This document shows, in pieces, positions 50,369 to 60,787 of a DNA stretch of 64,000 bases. The notes under the pieces are model-generated. The model was not told the origin of the DNA. It was given only the letters and a program-made list of their open reading frames with translations, and made no database searches. This stretch comes from Marinicella sp. (GTDB lineage: Bacteria > Pseudomonadota > Gammaproteobacteria > Xanthomonadales > Marinicellaceae). A program made the translations under genes and the position numbers. The DNA lies in NCBI GenBank assembly GCA_965230295.1, contig OZ246001.1, forward strand, positions 1,536,001-1,600,000, written 5' to 3'. How positions within the stretch are numbered: the stretch's first letter is position 1; each line of letters begins with the position of its first letter.

Positions 50369-51643
50369 TTACCATTTTTTCTCAAACTTTTTCCGCAGAT
50401 AAATGGCTATGGCATTCATCGCGACCAAAAAGAACAGCAAGACCATAATGGCTGCTGAGGTTTTTTCTAAAAATCCGCGTTCAGGTGAATCTGCCCACAA
50501 GAACACTTGGATTGGTAATACGGTTGACGGATCAACAACAGATTGTGGGATATCGACAATAAAGGCCACCATACCAATCATTAATAAGGGTGCTGTTTCA
50601 CCAAGGGCTTGTGCCATACCAATGATGGTACCGGTTAAGATACCTGGCAAAGCAGCCGGTAATACGTGGTGAAACACCGTTTGCATTTTCGATGCCCCCA
50701 ACCCCAAAGCCGCTTCTCGCAAAGAGGGCGGTACTGCTTTGATCGCTGACCGCGAGGCAATGATGATGGTCGGCAAAGTCATCAATGACAACACAATACC
50801 ACCGACCAAAGGTGCTGATCTGGGCAGGCTGAAAAAGTTGATAAACACCGCCAGACCCAGCAAACCGAAAACGATTGATGGCACAGCTGCCAGGTTATTG
50901 ATGTTGATTTCGATGAAATCAATAAAGCGGTTTTTCGGCGCAAACTCTTCCAGATAGATGGCAGCGGCCACAGCCACTGGAAATGACAATGCCAAAGTAA
51001 CCAACAAAGTGAACAATGAACCCAAGATGGCACCTTTGATGCCGGCCATTTCTGGTTCCCGAGAATCACCACTGGAGAAAAAGTGCCAGTTAAAACCGGT
51101 AGAAATTTGGCCGCTGGCTTCCAAGGTTTCTATCCAGGCCAACTTGTTGTCTTTAACCCGGCGATCTGACTCAGGCAAGTTGCGATCTATCGAGCCTTTG
51201 ATCACAGCATCCACATCGTCATCAGCCATGAATTCAACAGCCAGTGTCTGACCCAACAAACCGGGATCTTCTATCAACATATCTCTGAGTTGAAACTCTG
51301 CGCCCATGCTGGTCAAGGAATACAGGGCCCTTTTGTCATTACGCTTGGTCACTTCAGGAAATTGTTTCAACAAAGCCGCTCGGATCACTTTTCTGAAATC
51401 GGCTGCCATCATATCCTGGTTTGAACTGTCGGCATCCAAACCCAACTCATCGCCATTCAAATCAACCGTCAATTCTATTTTCGTTTGTGAAAATGCCGGC
51501 ATCGCTTTGCCCGCAATGTCCGTCAACAAAAACAGCAAAAACAAAATGGCAGTGGCGATTGAGAACAACCCCAATGATTTGAAAATGCGTTCTTTGATGT
51601 AGCGCTTGCGCAGGCTATTTTTAACCAATTCTGTGTTATTCAT
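50369..51643 (-). CDS. pstA: Phosphate ABC transporter permease PstA
   Basis: NLAAVPSIVFGL and GETAPLL. Start MNNTEL overlaps the pstC stop. Confidence 0.95.
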   Translation of the reverse strand: MNNTELVKNSLRKRYIKERIFKSLGLFSIATAILFLLFLLTDIAGKAMPAFSQTKIELTVDLNGDELGLDADSSNQDMMAADFRKVIRAALLKQFPEVTKRNDKRALYSLTSMGAEFQLRDMLIEDPGLLGQTLAVEFMADDDVDAVIKGSIDRNLPESDRRVKDNKLAWIETLEASGQISTGFNWHFFSSGDSREPEMAGIKGAILGSLFTLLVTLALSFPVAVAAAIYLEEFAPKNRFIDFIEININNLAAVPSIVFGLLGLAVFINFFSLPRSAPLVGGIVLSLMTLPTIIIASRSAIKAVPPSLREAALGLGASKMQTVFHHVLPAALPGILTGTIIGMAQALGETAPLLMIGMVAFIVDIPQSVVDPSTVLPIQVFLWADSPERGFLEKTSAAIMVLLFFLVAMNAIAIYLRKKFEKKW

Positions 51644-53018
51644 ACTGCTCTCGGTATTTCCTGACCACATGTAATGCGATCACATTCAGAATCAAAGTGG
51701 TGACAAACAACATCAAGCCCAAAGCAAATGCAGCCAAGGTCTTGGCGCTGTCAAATTCTTGGTCACCTGTCAATAAAGTCACAATTTGCACCGTTACGGT
51801 GGTGACCGCTTCCAACGGATTGACGGTCAAGTTGGCCGCCAATCCTGCAGCCATCACCACAATCATGGTTTCCCCAATGGCCCTTGATGCCGCCAACAAA
51901 ACACCACCAACAATCCCTGGCAATGCAGCCGGAATCAGGACTTTGGTGATGGTTTCAGAGCGGGTGGCGCCCAGCCCCAATGAACCTTCTCGTAAACTTT
52001 GGGGCACCGCTGATAAAACATCATCAGAAAGTGACGAAACGAATGGAATGATCATGATCCCCATCACCAATCCTGCGGCCAATGCACTTTCTGAGGCCAC
52101 TGACAAGCCCAAAGATTCACCAAACCCACGAATCATCGGCGCCACCGTTAAGGCGGCAAAGAAGCCATAAACCACTGTAGGGATACCGGCTAAAATTTCC
52201 AACACCGGCTTGGCCACCGCACGGATGGAAGTGCTGGCATATTCAGATAAATATATCGCAGACATCAAGCCCAATGGTACAGAAACCAATAACGCAATGA
52301 ATGAAATCAACATGGTGCCAACAAACAAGGGCACTGCACCAAAAGCTGCTGATGAACCCACTTGATCGGCACGGATGGCAGTCTGTGGTGACCACTCAGT
52401 ACCAAACATGAATGACAATATGGGCACTTCACCAAAGAACCGGGTTGATTCAAACAACACAGAAAATACAATTCCGACTGTGGTCATGATGGCTATCGAA
52501 GCCGCCAATAACAGGATCCCTTCGATGATTTTCTCGAATACTTTTCGTGCCGGGGTGTCGGTGTTTATTTTTCGCATCCCCCATACTGCCAACAATATGG
52601 CCAACGCCAGGACCACCACAGATATGGTGCGGTTGGTGGTGGTCTCAATTTCATGGTAGCGCTGATAGACCATTTGTTTTTCAGGACTCAAGGCACTGAC
52701 TTCTTCTGGAGTATCGGCGCTTTTGATGTCGTTCAAATACAAATCCAAATCATCAGATGCTTGTATTTCTGTGGTGGCTATATAGGCTGAAATTTCGCTG
52801 TTGATGTAAGGTTCTTCCACCAGCTGCAAAAAAAACAACACCAGCAAAGCCGGTAACAAAGACCACAATGCTGCCACATAACCAAAGTACTTGGGCAGAG
52901 TTAAAATCTTTTTCTTTTGTTTGTGTTGCCGATAAGCTGTGGTTATTTTCTGCCTGGCCATAAAATAACTGAAGGCCGCAAACAGCAACAACAAAAAGAT
53001 CAAGGCACTGATTTTCAT
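51636..53018 (-). CDS. pstC: Phosphate ABC transporter permease PstC
   Basis: LAGIPTVVYGF and SRAIGETM. Confidence 0.95.
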   Translation of the reverse strand: MKISALIFLLLLFAAFSYFMARQKITTAYRQHKQKKKILTLPKYFGYVAALWSLLPALLVLFFLQLVEEPYINSEISAYIATTEIQASDDLDLYLNDIKSADTPEEVSALSPEKQMVYQRYHEIETTTNRTISVVVLALAILLAVWGMRKINTDTPARKVFEKIIEGILLLAASIAIMTTVGIVFSVLFESTRFFGEVPILSFMFGTEWSPQTAIRADQVGSSAAFGAVPLFVGTMLISFIALLVSVPLGLMSAIYLSEYASTSIRAVAKPVLEILAGIPTVVYGFFAALTVAPMIRGFGESLGLSVASESALAAGLVMGIMIIPFVSSLSDDVLSAVPQSLREGSLGLGATRSETITKVLIPAALPGIVGGVLLAASRAIGETMIVVMAAGLAANLTVNPLEAVTTVTVQIVTLLTGDQEFDSAKTLAAFALGLMLFVTTLILNVIALHVVRKYREQYE

Positions 53019-53074
53019 TGGATATTCTTCTCTCAGTTTACAATCAAAAAAATTCGCTTAAGCGAATTGAGTTA

Positions 53075-53113
53075 CAAAAAAGACCGCAACCGAAAGTTCA
53101 TCCGGTTGCGGCT
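53075..53113 (-). terminator. Hairpin/terminator after pstS
   Basis: ccgcaaccg...cggttgcgg stem with a T-run on the minus strand. Confidence 0.6.
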
Positions 53114-53139
53114 TAAGATTATTGAAACGTAATCTATCT

Positions 53140-54177
53140 TTACAACTCAAGGTTGTTCAGTTTTTGGGTGTTTTCCTTAACATTCATGTACTTATCGGCA
53201 TCCAAAGGAATCAAACCTTTGTCCGTTAAATAACCTTCATCACCCATGGCTTTTTCGCTGGTGAATTCTGTCAAGAATTCAGACATACCTGGGATTTCAG
53301 AAACATGGGCTTTCTTCACATAGAAATACAAGGGTCTTGAAACCGGGTACTCACCTGTTGCAATGGTTTCGAACTCTGGAACCGCACCATCAACCAATGA
53401 ACCTTTTACCAAGTCTGCATTTTGATCCAGGAAAGAAAATCCAAAGATACCCAAAGCGTCTGGGTTCTTTTGCAATTTTTGAATAATCAGGTTGTCATTT
53501 TCACCGGCTTCTACATAAGCACCGTCTTCACGAATACTGTGACAAATGGTTTTATATTTTGATTTGTCAGCTGCTTTGGTGTCTTTGATCCACGGGAATT
53601 TTTTACAACCGCCTTCCATCGCCAACTCAACAAAGGCATCACGGGTACCCGAAGTTGGAGGAGGACCCAATACTTCAATCTTGACCGCTGGTAATTCAGC
53701 ATTCACTTCATTCCACATGGTGTATGGGTTAGCAACCAACTCACCATCTTTTTCGGTTGGCACTTCTTTGGCCAAAGCCAAGAACAAATCTTTGCGAGTC
53801 AATTTGAAGTCATGAGAATTAATTTCATTGGCAACCACAATACCGTCATAACCAATCAATACTTCAACCACTTCAGCAACACCATTGTCATGGCACATGG
53901 TTAACTCAGACTCTTTGATTCTTCTTGAAGCATTGGTGATGTCCGGAGTATCCACACCGTTGCCTTTACAAAACAACTTCATGCCACCGCCAGTACCCGT
54001 TGATTCAATTTTTGGCGTTTTGAAAGAAGTAGACTTACCAAACCTTTCGGCAACAACCGTTGAAAAAGGGTATACAGTTGATGAACCCACAACGCTGATG
54101 TAGTCACGACCTGCTGCCTGAATTTGTGAAGCAGCTACCAAACCAGCAACCAAAGTAATTTTCTTCAAAGTTTTCAT
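53140..54177 (-). CDS. pstS: Phosphate-binding protein PstS
   Basis: GSSTVYP, STGTGGG, TSGTRDAF and YPVSRPL. Start MKTLKK. Confidence 0.95.
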   Translation of the reverse strand: MKTLKKITLVAGLVAASQIQAAGRDYISVVGSSTVYPFSTVVAERFGKSTSFKTPKIESTGTGGGMKLFCKGNGVDTPDITNASRRIKESELTMCHDNGVAEVVEVLIGYDGIVVANEINSHDFKLTRKDLFLALAKEVPTEKDGELVANPYTMWNEVNAELPAVKIEVLGPPPTSGTRDAFVELAMEGGCKKFPWIKDTKAADKSKYKTICHSIREDGAYVEAGENDNLIIQKLQKNPDALGIFGFSFLDQNADLVKGSLVDGAVPEFETIATGEYPVSRPLYFYVKKAHVSEIPGMSEFLTEFTSEKAMGDEGYLTDKGLIPLDADKYMNVKENTQKLNNLEL

Positions 54178-54209
54178 ATAATAATCATTCAAGTGTTACG
54201 ATGGCTGGC

Positions 54210-54254
54210 ATTGTATTAAGCTTTTGTTACAGTTATATGACATTTTTGTAACAA
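54210..54254 (-). promoter_or_regulatory. Pho box and -10 element of pstS
   Basis: Minus strand TGTTAC-aaaaa-TGTCAT-ataac-TGTAAC (11-bp period), followed by TACAAT. Confidence 0.8.
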
Positions 54255-54327
54255 ACCTTCAAACAGGCCTTCCAAGCCCATTCTATAACGTGATTAATCA
54301 CAGTAACGTGACAAACAATTGAATATT

Positions 54328-55629
54328 TCAGTCCTTGATGATGGTTCTGTAAGTCGGAAAAACCACTTTAAAAGTCGACCCGGAGTTGGCCTCGCTGTCA
54401 ATCTCTAAACTGGCGCCATGTTTTAAACAGATGTGTTTAACGATGGCCAACCCCAATCCAGTACTTTGGTGGTTGCGGGCTTTTGAATTGTCAACTCGAT
54501 AAAAACGCTCAGTCAAATGAGGTATGTGGCTGGGGTCGATACCCGGCCCATTATCAACCACCCAAAAATTGGCCTCGCCATTATGCTCAAACCATTTGAT
54601 CGCGACCTGGGTGCCTGCTGGCGTATGAATGATGGCGTTGTGCATTAAATTTAAACAAATGCTGGTGATCTCTGACACATCGCCGGTTACCGATAAAGTA
54701 GAGTTGATTTCGGCTGACAACTCATGGTCGTGTGAATCGGCACTGTTCTTGATGTCATTAAACAAACCATTGAGCAACTCAGGCATGGCAATTTCTTGGT
54801 CGTCTGATTCAATGACCCTGTCATGTTCAATTTTAGACAGCTTTAACATGTCATCAATGATTTTTGACATCCGGTTGGCTTGATCCTTGGCCTGGTCAAT
54901 GGCCAACGACCAATCCTCACTGACATCATTCGATGTTTGCAACATCTCTAAATAACCTGATATAACGGTCAAAGGTGTTCGCAGTTCGTGAGACGCATTG
55001 GCCACAAAAGCCTTACGGGATTTCTGCAATGCTTCCTGTGCACTGATGTCTCTGGCCACCATCAGATAACGCTCCTTGTTGATCTTTATTAACCTGATCT
55101 GGATGCTTTTATCGTTGTGCTTGCCATGCGGCAGTTTAATTTCCTGGTCCTTTTTACCGGTAGTGAGCAATTGCACAAAAACAGGAATTCTGATGATGTT
55201 ATCAATTCGGGTGTTCACATCATTGTCGTTGATACTCAGAATTTCCTGAGCAATGTGATTACACCATTGAATCTCAAAACGCTGGTTCAACAAAATGGTG
55301 GCAAATGGCAAAGCCTGGGCAGTGGTCACAAATTGCTTCAACAGGAATTTATTGCGCTTTTGGGCTTCTTTGGTCTGGTTCTTGTTGTTGATGACTTGAC
55401 ATGTTATGGCTTCAAACACGCCATGGTTGTCAGGCACGTGGCTGCTGGACGAACCTTTCATATACCAATCATAAAATGTTTTGAACTCCATGATCTTCCA
55501 TGTGATATAAACCAATAACCACAACAACAAGCACAATGTCCAATAGCCCGTAATCAAACCAGACAAAGCGGCCAAAGCGACAAATATCAAAATGGCTATT
55601 TTTTCTTGTTTCCAACCAGAGAATTGCAT
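54328..55629 (-). CDS. phoR: Phosphate regulon sensor kinase PhoR
   Basis: FVANASHELRTPLTV, HIPHLTERFYRVD and TGLGLAIVKH; adjacent to the pst operon. Confidence 0.92.
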   Translation of the reverse strand: MQFSGWKQEKIAILIFVALAALSGLITGYWTLCLLLWLLVYITWKIMEFKTFYDWYMKGSSSSHVPDNHGVFEAITCQVINNKNQTKEAQKRNKFLLKQFVTTAQALPFATILLNQRFEIQWCNHIAQEILSINDNDVNTRIDNIIRIPVFVQLLTTGKKDQEIKLPHGKHNDKSIQIRLIKINKERYLMVARDISAQEALQKSRKAFVANASHELRTPLTVISGYLEMLQTSNDVSEDWSLAIDQAKDQANRMSKIIDDMLKLSKIEHDRVIESDDQEIAMPELLNGLFNDIKNSADSHDHELSAEINSTLSVTGDVSEITSICLNLMHNAIIHTPAGTQVAIKWFEHNGEANFWVVDNGPGIDPSHIPHLTERFYRVDNSKARNHQSTGLGLAIVKHICLKHGASLEIDSEANSGSTFKVVFPTYRTIIKD

Positions 55630-55750
55630 CTTTATTACATAGGATCGTATTATAGAACTGCCGCAATCATAGCTTACCGCACCCCTAAATAATGAGTAAT
55701 TTTCAACTATTTTACTGTTTCGTCATCAAGATGATATCAAACTGAAACAT

Positions 55751-55778
55751 TTGTCATATAAATGTCATATTTGTCATC
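55751..55778 (+). promoter_or_regulatory. Pho box upstream of the porin gene
   Basis: TTGTCATataaATGTCATatTTGTCAT. Confidence 0.75.
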
Positions 55779-55817
55779 TAACATTCACGTTTTTGAAATC
55801 TTACGTGGGTAATTATC

Positions 55818-57020
55818 ATGAAGAAGAAGGTATTGGTAACGTCTTTGTTACTGTCTATGGGCACAACGGCATGGGCCGATTCAACACAAGATGAAATCGC
55901 CATGTTGAAAGAACAGTTGAAGCTGTTGACCCAAAAAATTGAAAAATTGGAAACCAAAACCAATAACAACGAAGCTGAAGTTAAAAAAGTGGCTGAAGCC
56001 AAAGCTGAAGCTAAATCTGACAACTGGGCAGATCGCATCACTTTCTCTGGTGACCTGCGTGACCGCTTCGAATACATCGATGAGCGCGGTAAAGACGTGC
56101 GCACCAGAAACCGCATTCGTTTTCGTTTGGGCGCCACTGCCAAAGTCAATGACGATTTGAAAGTGGGTTTCAGATTGGCCTCAGGTGGCGAAGACCCCAC
56201 TTCAACCAACCAAACTTTAGACGGTGCATTCTCAACCAAAGGCATCCAGTTAGACTTGGCTTATTTTGATTACAAATTGAACGATGCTTTGACTTTGACC
56301 GGCGGTAAAATGAAAAAACCGTTTTACATCCCATCTAAAACACCCGTTTTTTGGGACGGCGATTTGAATCCTGAAGGTTTTGCCTTGAGTTATGACAACG
56401 ACGGCTGGATGGGTACCCTGGTTGGTTTTTCTGTGGATGAAAGAAAAGCCGATACAGATGCCTTGTTGTTCGGTGGTCAAATGGTCAAAACTTTCGATTT
56501 GGACGGCAACACATTAACGGCCGGTGTGGGTTACTACGACTACCAAAAATTACAAGGTTCAACGCCTTTGTTTGATGGCAAAGCCCGTGGTAACACCTTA
56601 GATGCCAATGGCCAAATCGCCAATGACTTCAACATTGTTGAAGGCTTGGTTGAATACCAAACCAAATTGGCTTCTCAACCTTTCTCAGTATTTGGTACTT
56701 ACTACCAAAATACCGAAGCAGATTTAGATACCGGTTTTGCTCTGGGCTTTGGTTTGGGTAAAGTCAAGGACGCCGGTTCTTGGTCTATCGGTTATTCGTA
56801 CTTGGACTTAGAAGCCGATGCTGTTTATGGCTTGTTCAATGATTCAGATTTCGCCGGCGGTGAAACCGACTCCAAAGGTCACATCCTGAAAGCCGGTTAC
56901 GGCTTACGTAAAAACATGTCGTTGGGCATGACTTACATCAGTTCAGAGCAGGACCAAAGCAAAGCCACCCAAACCGATTATGACCGCTTACAAATGGACT
57001 TGAAAATCAAATTCAAATAA
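55818..57020 (+). CDS. Putative phosphate-starvation-inducible outer-membrane porin
   Basis: Signal peptide, coiled coil, beta-barrel pattern (FSGDLRDRFE..RNRIRFRLG..DGDLNPEG) and upstream Pho boxes. Confidence 0.8.
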   Translation: MKKKVLVTSLLLSMGTTAWADSTQDEIAMLKEQLKLLTQKIEKLETKTNNNEAEVKKVAEAKAEAKSDNWADRITFSGDLRDRFEYIDERGKDVRTRNRIRFRLGATAKVNDDLKVGFRLASGGEDPTSTNQTLDGAFSTKGIQLDLAYFDYKLNDALTLTGGKMKKPFYIPSKTPVFWDGDLNPEGFALSYDNDGWMGTLVGFSVDERKADTDALLFGGQMVKTFDLDGNTLTAGVGYYDYQKLQGSTPLFDGKARGNTLDANGQIANDFNIVEGLVEYQTKLASQPFSVFGTYYQNTEADLDTGFALGFGLGKVKDAGSWSIGYSYLDLEADAVYGLFNDSDFAGGETDSKGHILKAGYGLRKNMSLGMTYISSEQDQSKATQTDYDRLQMDLKIKFK

Positions 57021-57040
57021 GCCAAATCATCTTTGCATCT

Positions 57041-57072
57041 AAAAAAACCCCGATTTTTTCGGGGTTTTTTTT
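57041..57072 (+). terminator. Rho-independent terminator
   Basis: aaaaaaaccccga-tttt-tcggggtttttttt. Confidence 0.85.
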
Positions 57073-57150
57073 GGTTTGCAGTAACTAAATCCATTCTGGT
57101 GCGTTAATAGGGGATAATAAAATTAATAATAGAGGAGCCCTGAACCCAAT

Positions 57151-58554
57151 ATGTTGTTCAACACGCCGATATTTTTTGTCTTTCTGATCGTCTTCTTGCT
57201 GTTTTACGGCTTTGTCTTTTTACGCCGAACACCAAGGGTTTATTTCATTCTGGTCTCTTCGCTGGTGTTTTATGGCACCTGGAATTACCGTTTTATCCCC
57301 CTGTTGGTGGGTTCAGCGGTCATCGACTATTTCCTTGCACAGGCAATCCAGAATGCCAGTGAACAGCGGCGCAAAAAACTCTTGTTATCCTTATCGGTGG
57401 CCATGAACCTGGGTATACTGGCCCTGTTCAAGTATGCCGATTTTGCCATCCAATCGGTGGCAGATTTCCTCGGAGTTCTTGGTTATCAAGCTGATTTAGG
57501 CTCTTTGTCCTGGGTGTTGCCTGTGGGTATTTCTTTTTATACCTTCCAATCTTTGAGTTACACCATCGATGTGTATCGTGGGGAAATGAAAGCCCGCAAA
57601 GGCCTGGTTGAATTCACCACGGCACTGGCCTTCTTCCCACAATTGGTCGCAGGTCCCATCTTGCGTGCCAAGCATATTCTGCCACAGTTTCATCGCATCC
57701 CGGTACCGACCTGGGACATGGTACGCAATGGCTTTTTACTGATCACCATTGGTTTGTTCAAAAAAACCATTGCAGATTTACTCGCAGCACCAGCGGCCAT
57801 GGCTTTTGATGGCGGTGCAGTAAGCTTGATTGAAACCTGGACTGGGGTGCTGGCCTTTGCTGGACAAATTTACGGCGATTTCTCTGGCTACAGTGACATG
57901 GCCATTGGTATCGCCATGTTGATTGGCTTTAAGATACCTTTGAACTTCCGCTTGCCTTATTTTGCCCTGTCACCCGTGCAATTTTGGCAACGCTGGCACA
58001 TCTCTTTATCGACCTGGCTGCGCGACTACCTGTACATTTCATTGGGTGGAAAATACAACCGCATTCGCAATGTCATGATCACCATGTTATTGGGCGGGTT
58101 GTGGCATGGTGCTGCTTGGACCTTCGTGGCTTGGGGCGCATTTCATGGTTTGATCATCATCGCCACCCACCAATTGGGTAACTCTTCAGCATTTGCCGGC
58201 TTTGCCCAAAGTCAGCAGTTTTTCAATAAATTGCTCAAATGGATCATCACCTTTTATTTGGTCCTGATCGGCTGGGTACTGTTCCGCGCCACAGGCATGG
58301 ATTCGGCTTGGCAAATCATCACCCAAATGCACACTTTTTCCGGGTTACCTGAACCTGGTTCCAAGTCCCTGATCATTTTCGGTCTGACAGTCGGCGCCCT
58401 GTTTTTTATGCACTTCATCGATTATTTTGTGCTCAATAAAACCCAACAATGGATGGCCCGATGGTGGCTGTTCTGGCCCTTGTTAATTTTGATTCAAGCC
58501 ATTTGTTTACTTATTGGAGAACCCAGCAATGCCTTCATCTACTTCCAGTTCTGA
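57151..58554 (+). CDS. MBOAT O-acyltransferase (AlgI/DltB/PatA family)
   Basis: LPVGISFYTFQ, FPQLVAGPI, DFSGYSD, FWQRWHISL and GLWHGA. Confidence 0.93.
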   Translation: MLFNTPIFFVFLIVFLLFYGFVFLRRTPRVYFILVSSLVFYGTWNYRFIPLLVGSAVIDYFLAQAIQNASEQRRKKLLLSLSVAMNLGILALFKYADFAIQSVADFLGVLGYQADLGSLSWVLPVGISFYTFQSLSYTIDVYRGEMKARKGLVEFTTALAFFPQLVAGPILRAKHILPQFHRIPVPTWDMVRNGFLLITIGLFKKTIADLLAAPAAMAFDGGAVSLIETWTGVLAFAGQIYGDFSGYSDMAIGIAMLIGFKIPLNFRLPYFALSPVQFWQRWHISLSTWLRDYLYISLGGKYNRIRNVMITMLLGGLWHGAAWTFVAWGAFHGLIIIATHQLGNSSAFAGFAQSQQFFNKLLKWIITFYLVLIGWVLFRATGMDSAWQIITQMHTFSGLPEPGSKSLIIFGLTVGALFFMHFIDYFVLNKTQQWMARWWLFWPLLILIQAICLLIGEPSNAFIYFQF

Positions 58555-59812
58555 CCCCGGTAACAAGCATCCCTTGTATCCTTATGCGGTGCAAGATGAG
58601 CTGAGTTCCGACAAAGCCACTCAGACGGCTGATGGTGGCTTCAACCCCATCTATGGCAAAACCCTGCTGTTTATCATCTTGGGAATGGGCATGGCACTGG
58701 GTCTGATCAGGTGGTTTGCCTGGATCAATGATGCCGCACCAACCGACTTTCTGGGCCGGGTTTTAGAGGCCAAAGAGTCGTTGCCACAAATCGTTGAAGA
58801 ACCACATGATCTGGTTATGGCATTTGGTTCGTCCATGGTTCAGGCCGGGTTTTCACCCAGAGAATTTGATCAATGGGCCAAAGATCGCGGTAACAACAGC
58901 GTCAAATCATTCAATTTTGGTTTTGGTGGGCTGAACCCTTTTTATCAGGACATCCTGACCCGCCGCATCAAAGAATCATTTGATCAATCTGATCGTCGTT
59001 TGAAAGTGGCTTTGATTGAATTCAACCCATTTCAAACCACCATCACCCGCTACAACCGCAACCGCATCCTTGAAGACTCATACTTGACCATATTGGGCAA
59101 AGACCAGGAGTTGTGGAAAATCTTCATGCAAGACCCCACCCGTGGTATCCGATTATTCAACATCAAATACCTGCGCAACAGCATTTCAGCCGAAATGGTC
59201 ACCAGCTTTTTTGGTGGTTCTTTGCGCGAACCCAGAAAACGTACCGAGCTGGAAAGAGACGAAGCGAGTCAGGAACGCTTGCGCGAGGTGGGTGAACTCC
59301 TCAACAAAGCCTTTGAAGAAGAATACCCTGATTACGTCAGCAGCAATTGGTCTTATGCCTGGCAAGGCGGAGGTACCATCGCTGCTGAAAGAAAGCCTGA
59401 AACCCTGAAAGTGTTCGATGAATACTACGAATTGCTTAGAGATCCGGCTCGCATGGATGATCGACGTTTGAATCGCATCCACACAGCCGACATCATTGAC
59501 ATGCATTTCAGTGAAGAGTTGATTGTGGCATTCATAGATATAGTCAACCAATTCAAAACCTTCTCTGATCATGTGGAAGTGGTGATGCTGCCTCGCAACA
59601 CCAAATGGATCACCCACTCTCCGGAGGGTGCTGAACGATTGAAAGCCACAGTTAAGCGCATTGAACAAGCCACCGGGGTGACGATCAAGAATCACCAGGA
59701 TTTACCCGTCATCAACCCAACCATGTTCAGTGATGCCACCCACTTGAATCGCTACCAAGGGGCGCATAACTACACCAAATACTTGATTGACGAGTTGTTT
59801 CCATACCTGTAA
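58514..59812 (+). CDS. SGNH-like periplasmic partner of the MBOAT (AlgJ/DltD-like)
   Basis: Single TM, FGSS and DATHLN motifs; overlaps the MBOAT gene end. Start uncertain. Confidence 0.7.
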   Translation: MENPAMPSSTSSSDPGNKHPLYPYAVQDELSSDKATQTADGGFNPIYGKTLLFIILGMGMALGLIRWFAWINDAAPTDFLGRVLEAKESLPQIVEEPHDLVMAFGSSMVQAGFSPREFDQWAKDRGNNSVKSFNFGFGGLNPFYQDILTRRIKESFDQSDRRLKVALIEFNPFQTTITRYNRNRILEDSYLTILGKDQELWKIFMQDPTRGIRLFNIKYLRNSISAEMVTSFFGGSLREPRKRTELERDEASQERLREVGELLNKAFEEEYPDYVSSNWSYAWQGGGTIAAERKPETLKVFDEYYELLRDPARMDDRRLNRIHTADIIDMHFSEELIVAFIDIVNQFKTFSDHVEVVMLPRNTKWITHSPEGAERLKATVKRIEQATGVTIKNHQDLPVINPTMFSDATHLNRYQGAHNYTKYLIDELFPYL

Positions 59813-59877
59813 AACTGATCTAACAAGGCGGTCAGGCGTGTTAATATAAGCACTGAGACACACCACCTGACCGCTGA

Positions 59878-60408
59878 ATGAATCGCAGAAAGTTACTGAA
59901 AAAATCCTTGTTGTTAGGCACTGCCGGCTTGATTGCTGGCGGTGGCTATTGGTTGCACAATGGTGAAGATGTCGCCAACCTCTCCATTGAGAATTGCCAA
60001 AAACGCCTACAGGGTTTAAACCTCAAACGCACCAAGGTGGTGGGTGAATGGAACATGAGTGAAGTGTTTAATCACCTGGCACAAAGCATTGAATATTCGA
60101 TGACCGGTTATCCAGTTCACAAATCGGATGGGTTCAAAAAATACCTAGGGCGCCATGCTTTTGCGGTGTTTTCATATCGAGGCAGGATGGCCCACAATTT
60201 GGCCGAAGCCATTCCAGGGGCACCCGCCTTAGATGCCAGTGATCCATTATTGGCACTCAGTCGCCTGTTGACTGCCTTGAATGATTTTCGGGTTTATCAG
60301 GGTGATTTAAAACCACATTTTGCCTATGGTGAGTTGAACCACCAACAATACACTTGGGCCCATGTGATGCATGTTTACAACCATCTGGAATCATTTGAAA
60401 CGGTTTGA
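59878..60408 (+). CDS. DUF1569 (DinB-like) protein with twin-arginine-like leader
   Basis: MNRRKLLK leader, HLAQSIEYSMTGYP and PHFAYGEL. Confidence 0.8.
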   Translation: MNRRKLLKKSLLLGTAGLIAGGGYWLHNGEDVANLSIENCQKRLQGLNLKRTKVVGEWNMSEVFNHLAQSIEYSMTGYPVHKSDGFKKYLGRHAFAVFSYRGRMAHNLAEAIPGAPALDASDPLLALSRLLTALNDFRVYQGDLKPHFAYGELNHQQYTWAHVMHVYNHLESFETV

Positions 60409-60429
60409 ATGATCTGCGCCAAGACTACA

Positions 60430-60625
60430 AATCCCATGGCTCATCCTTGAGCAACTAAATCCTTAAAAATCCATAGTGATGCAAATAATTCCATATCTCA
60501 TCCTTGAGTCATTAAATCCTTCATATCCTTACTTTGTTAAATCATCCTTGACTCATCCTTGAGTGTGTTACTCCTTTGATGTCCCTATATCAAAATAAAA
60601 AAGAGGGGACAGTGATTAACTGTCT
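60430..60625 (-). ncRNA. Candidate CsrB/RsmZ-family sRNA
   Basis: 12 GGA motifs on the minus strand in about 155 nt, several in CTCA-AGGA-TGAG hairpin loops. Ends uncertain. Confidence 0.65.
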
Positions 60626-60745
60626 TACTTATATACTCGCGAAACAATCGAAAACCTTGTCAAAAAATATTAATTTTTTTAAAAATAATTAATTTAAAGG
60701 GCCAGAAAACAATGAACCAGGAAGGTGGGTGAATAAATTTTAGGC

Positions 60746-60776
60746 AAAAAAAAACCGCCTTAATGGCGGTTTTTTT
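60746..60776 (-). terminator. Bidirectional rho-independent terminator
   Basis: aaaaaaaaccgcc-ttaat-ggcggttttttt. Confidence 0.85.
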
Positions 60777-60787
60777 GTTTTCCTTGC

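Noticed and set aside
60430-60570. Mini-CRISPR or iteron interpretation of the TCATCCTTGAG repeats
   Set aside because: Repeats are 10-11 bp with irregular spacing and no cas or rep gene nearby. A GGA-hairpin sRNA fits better.
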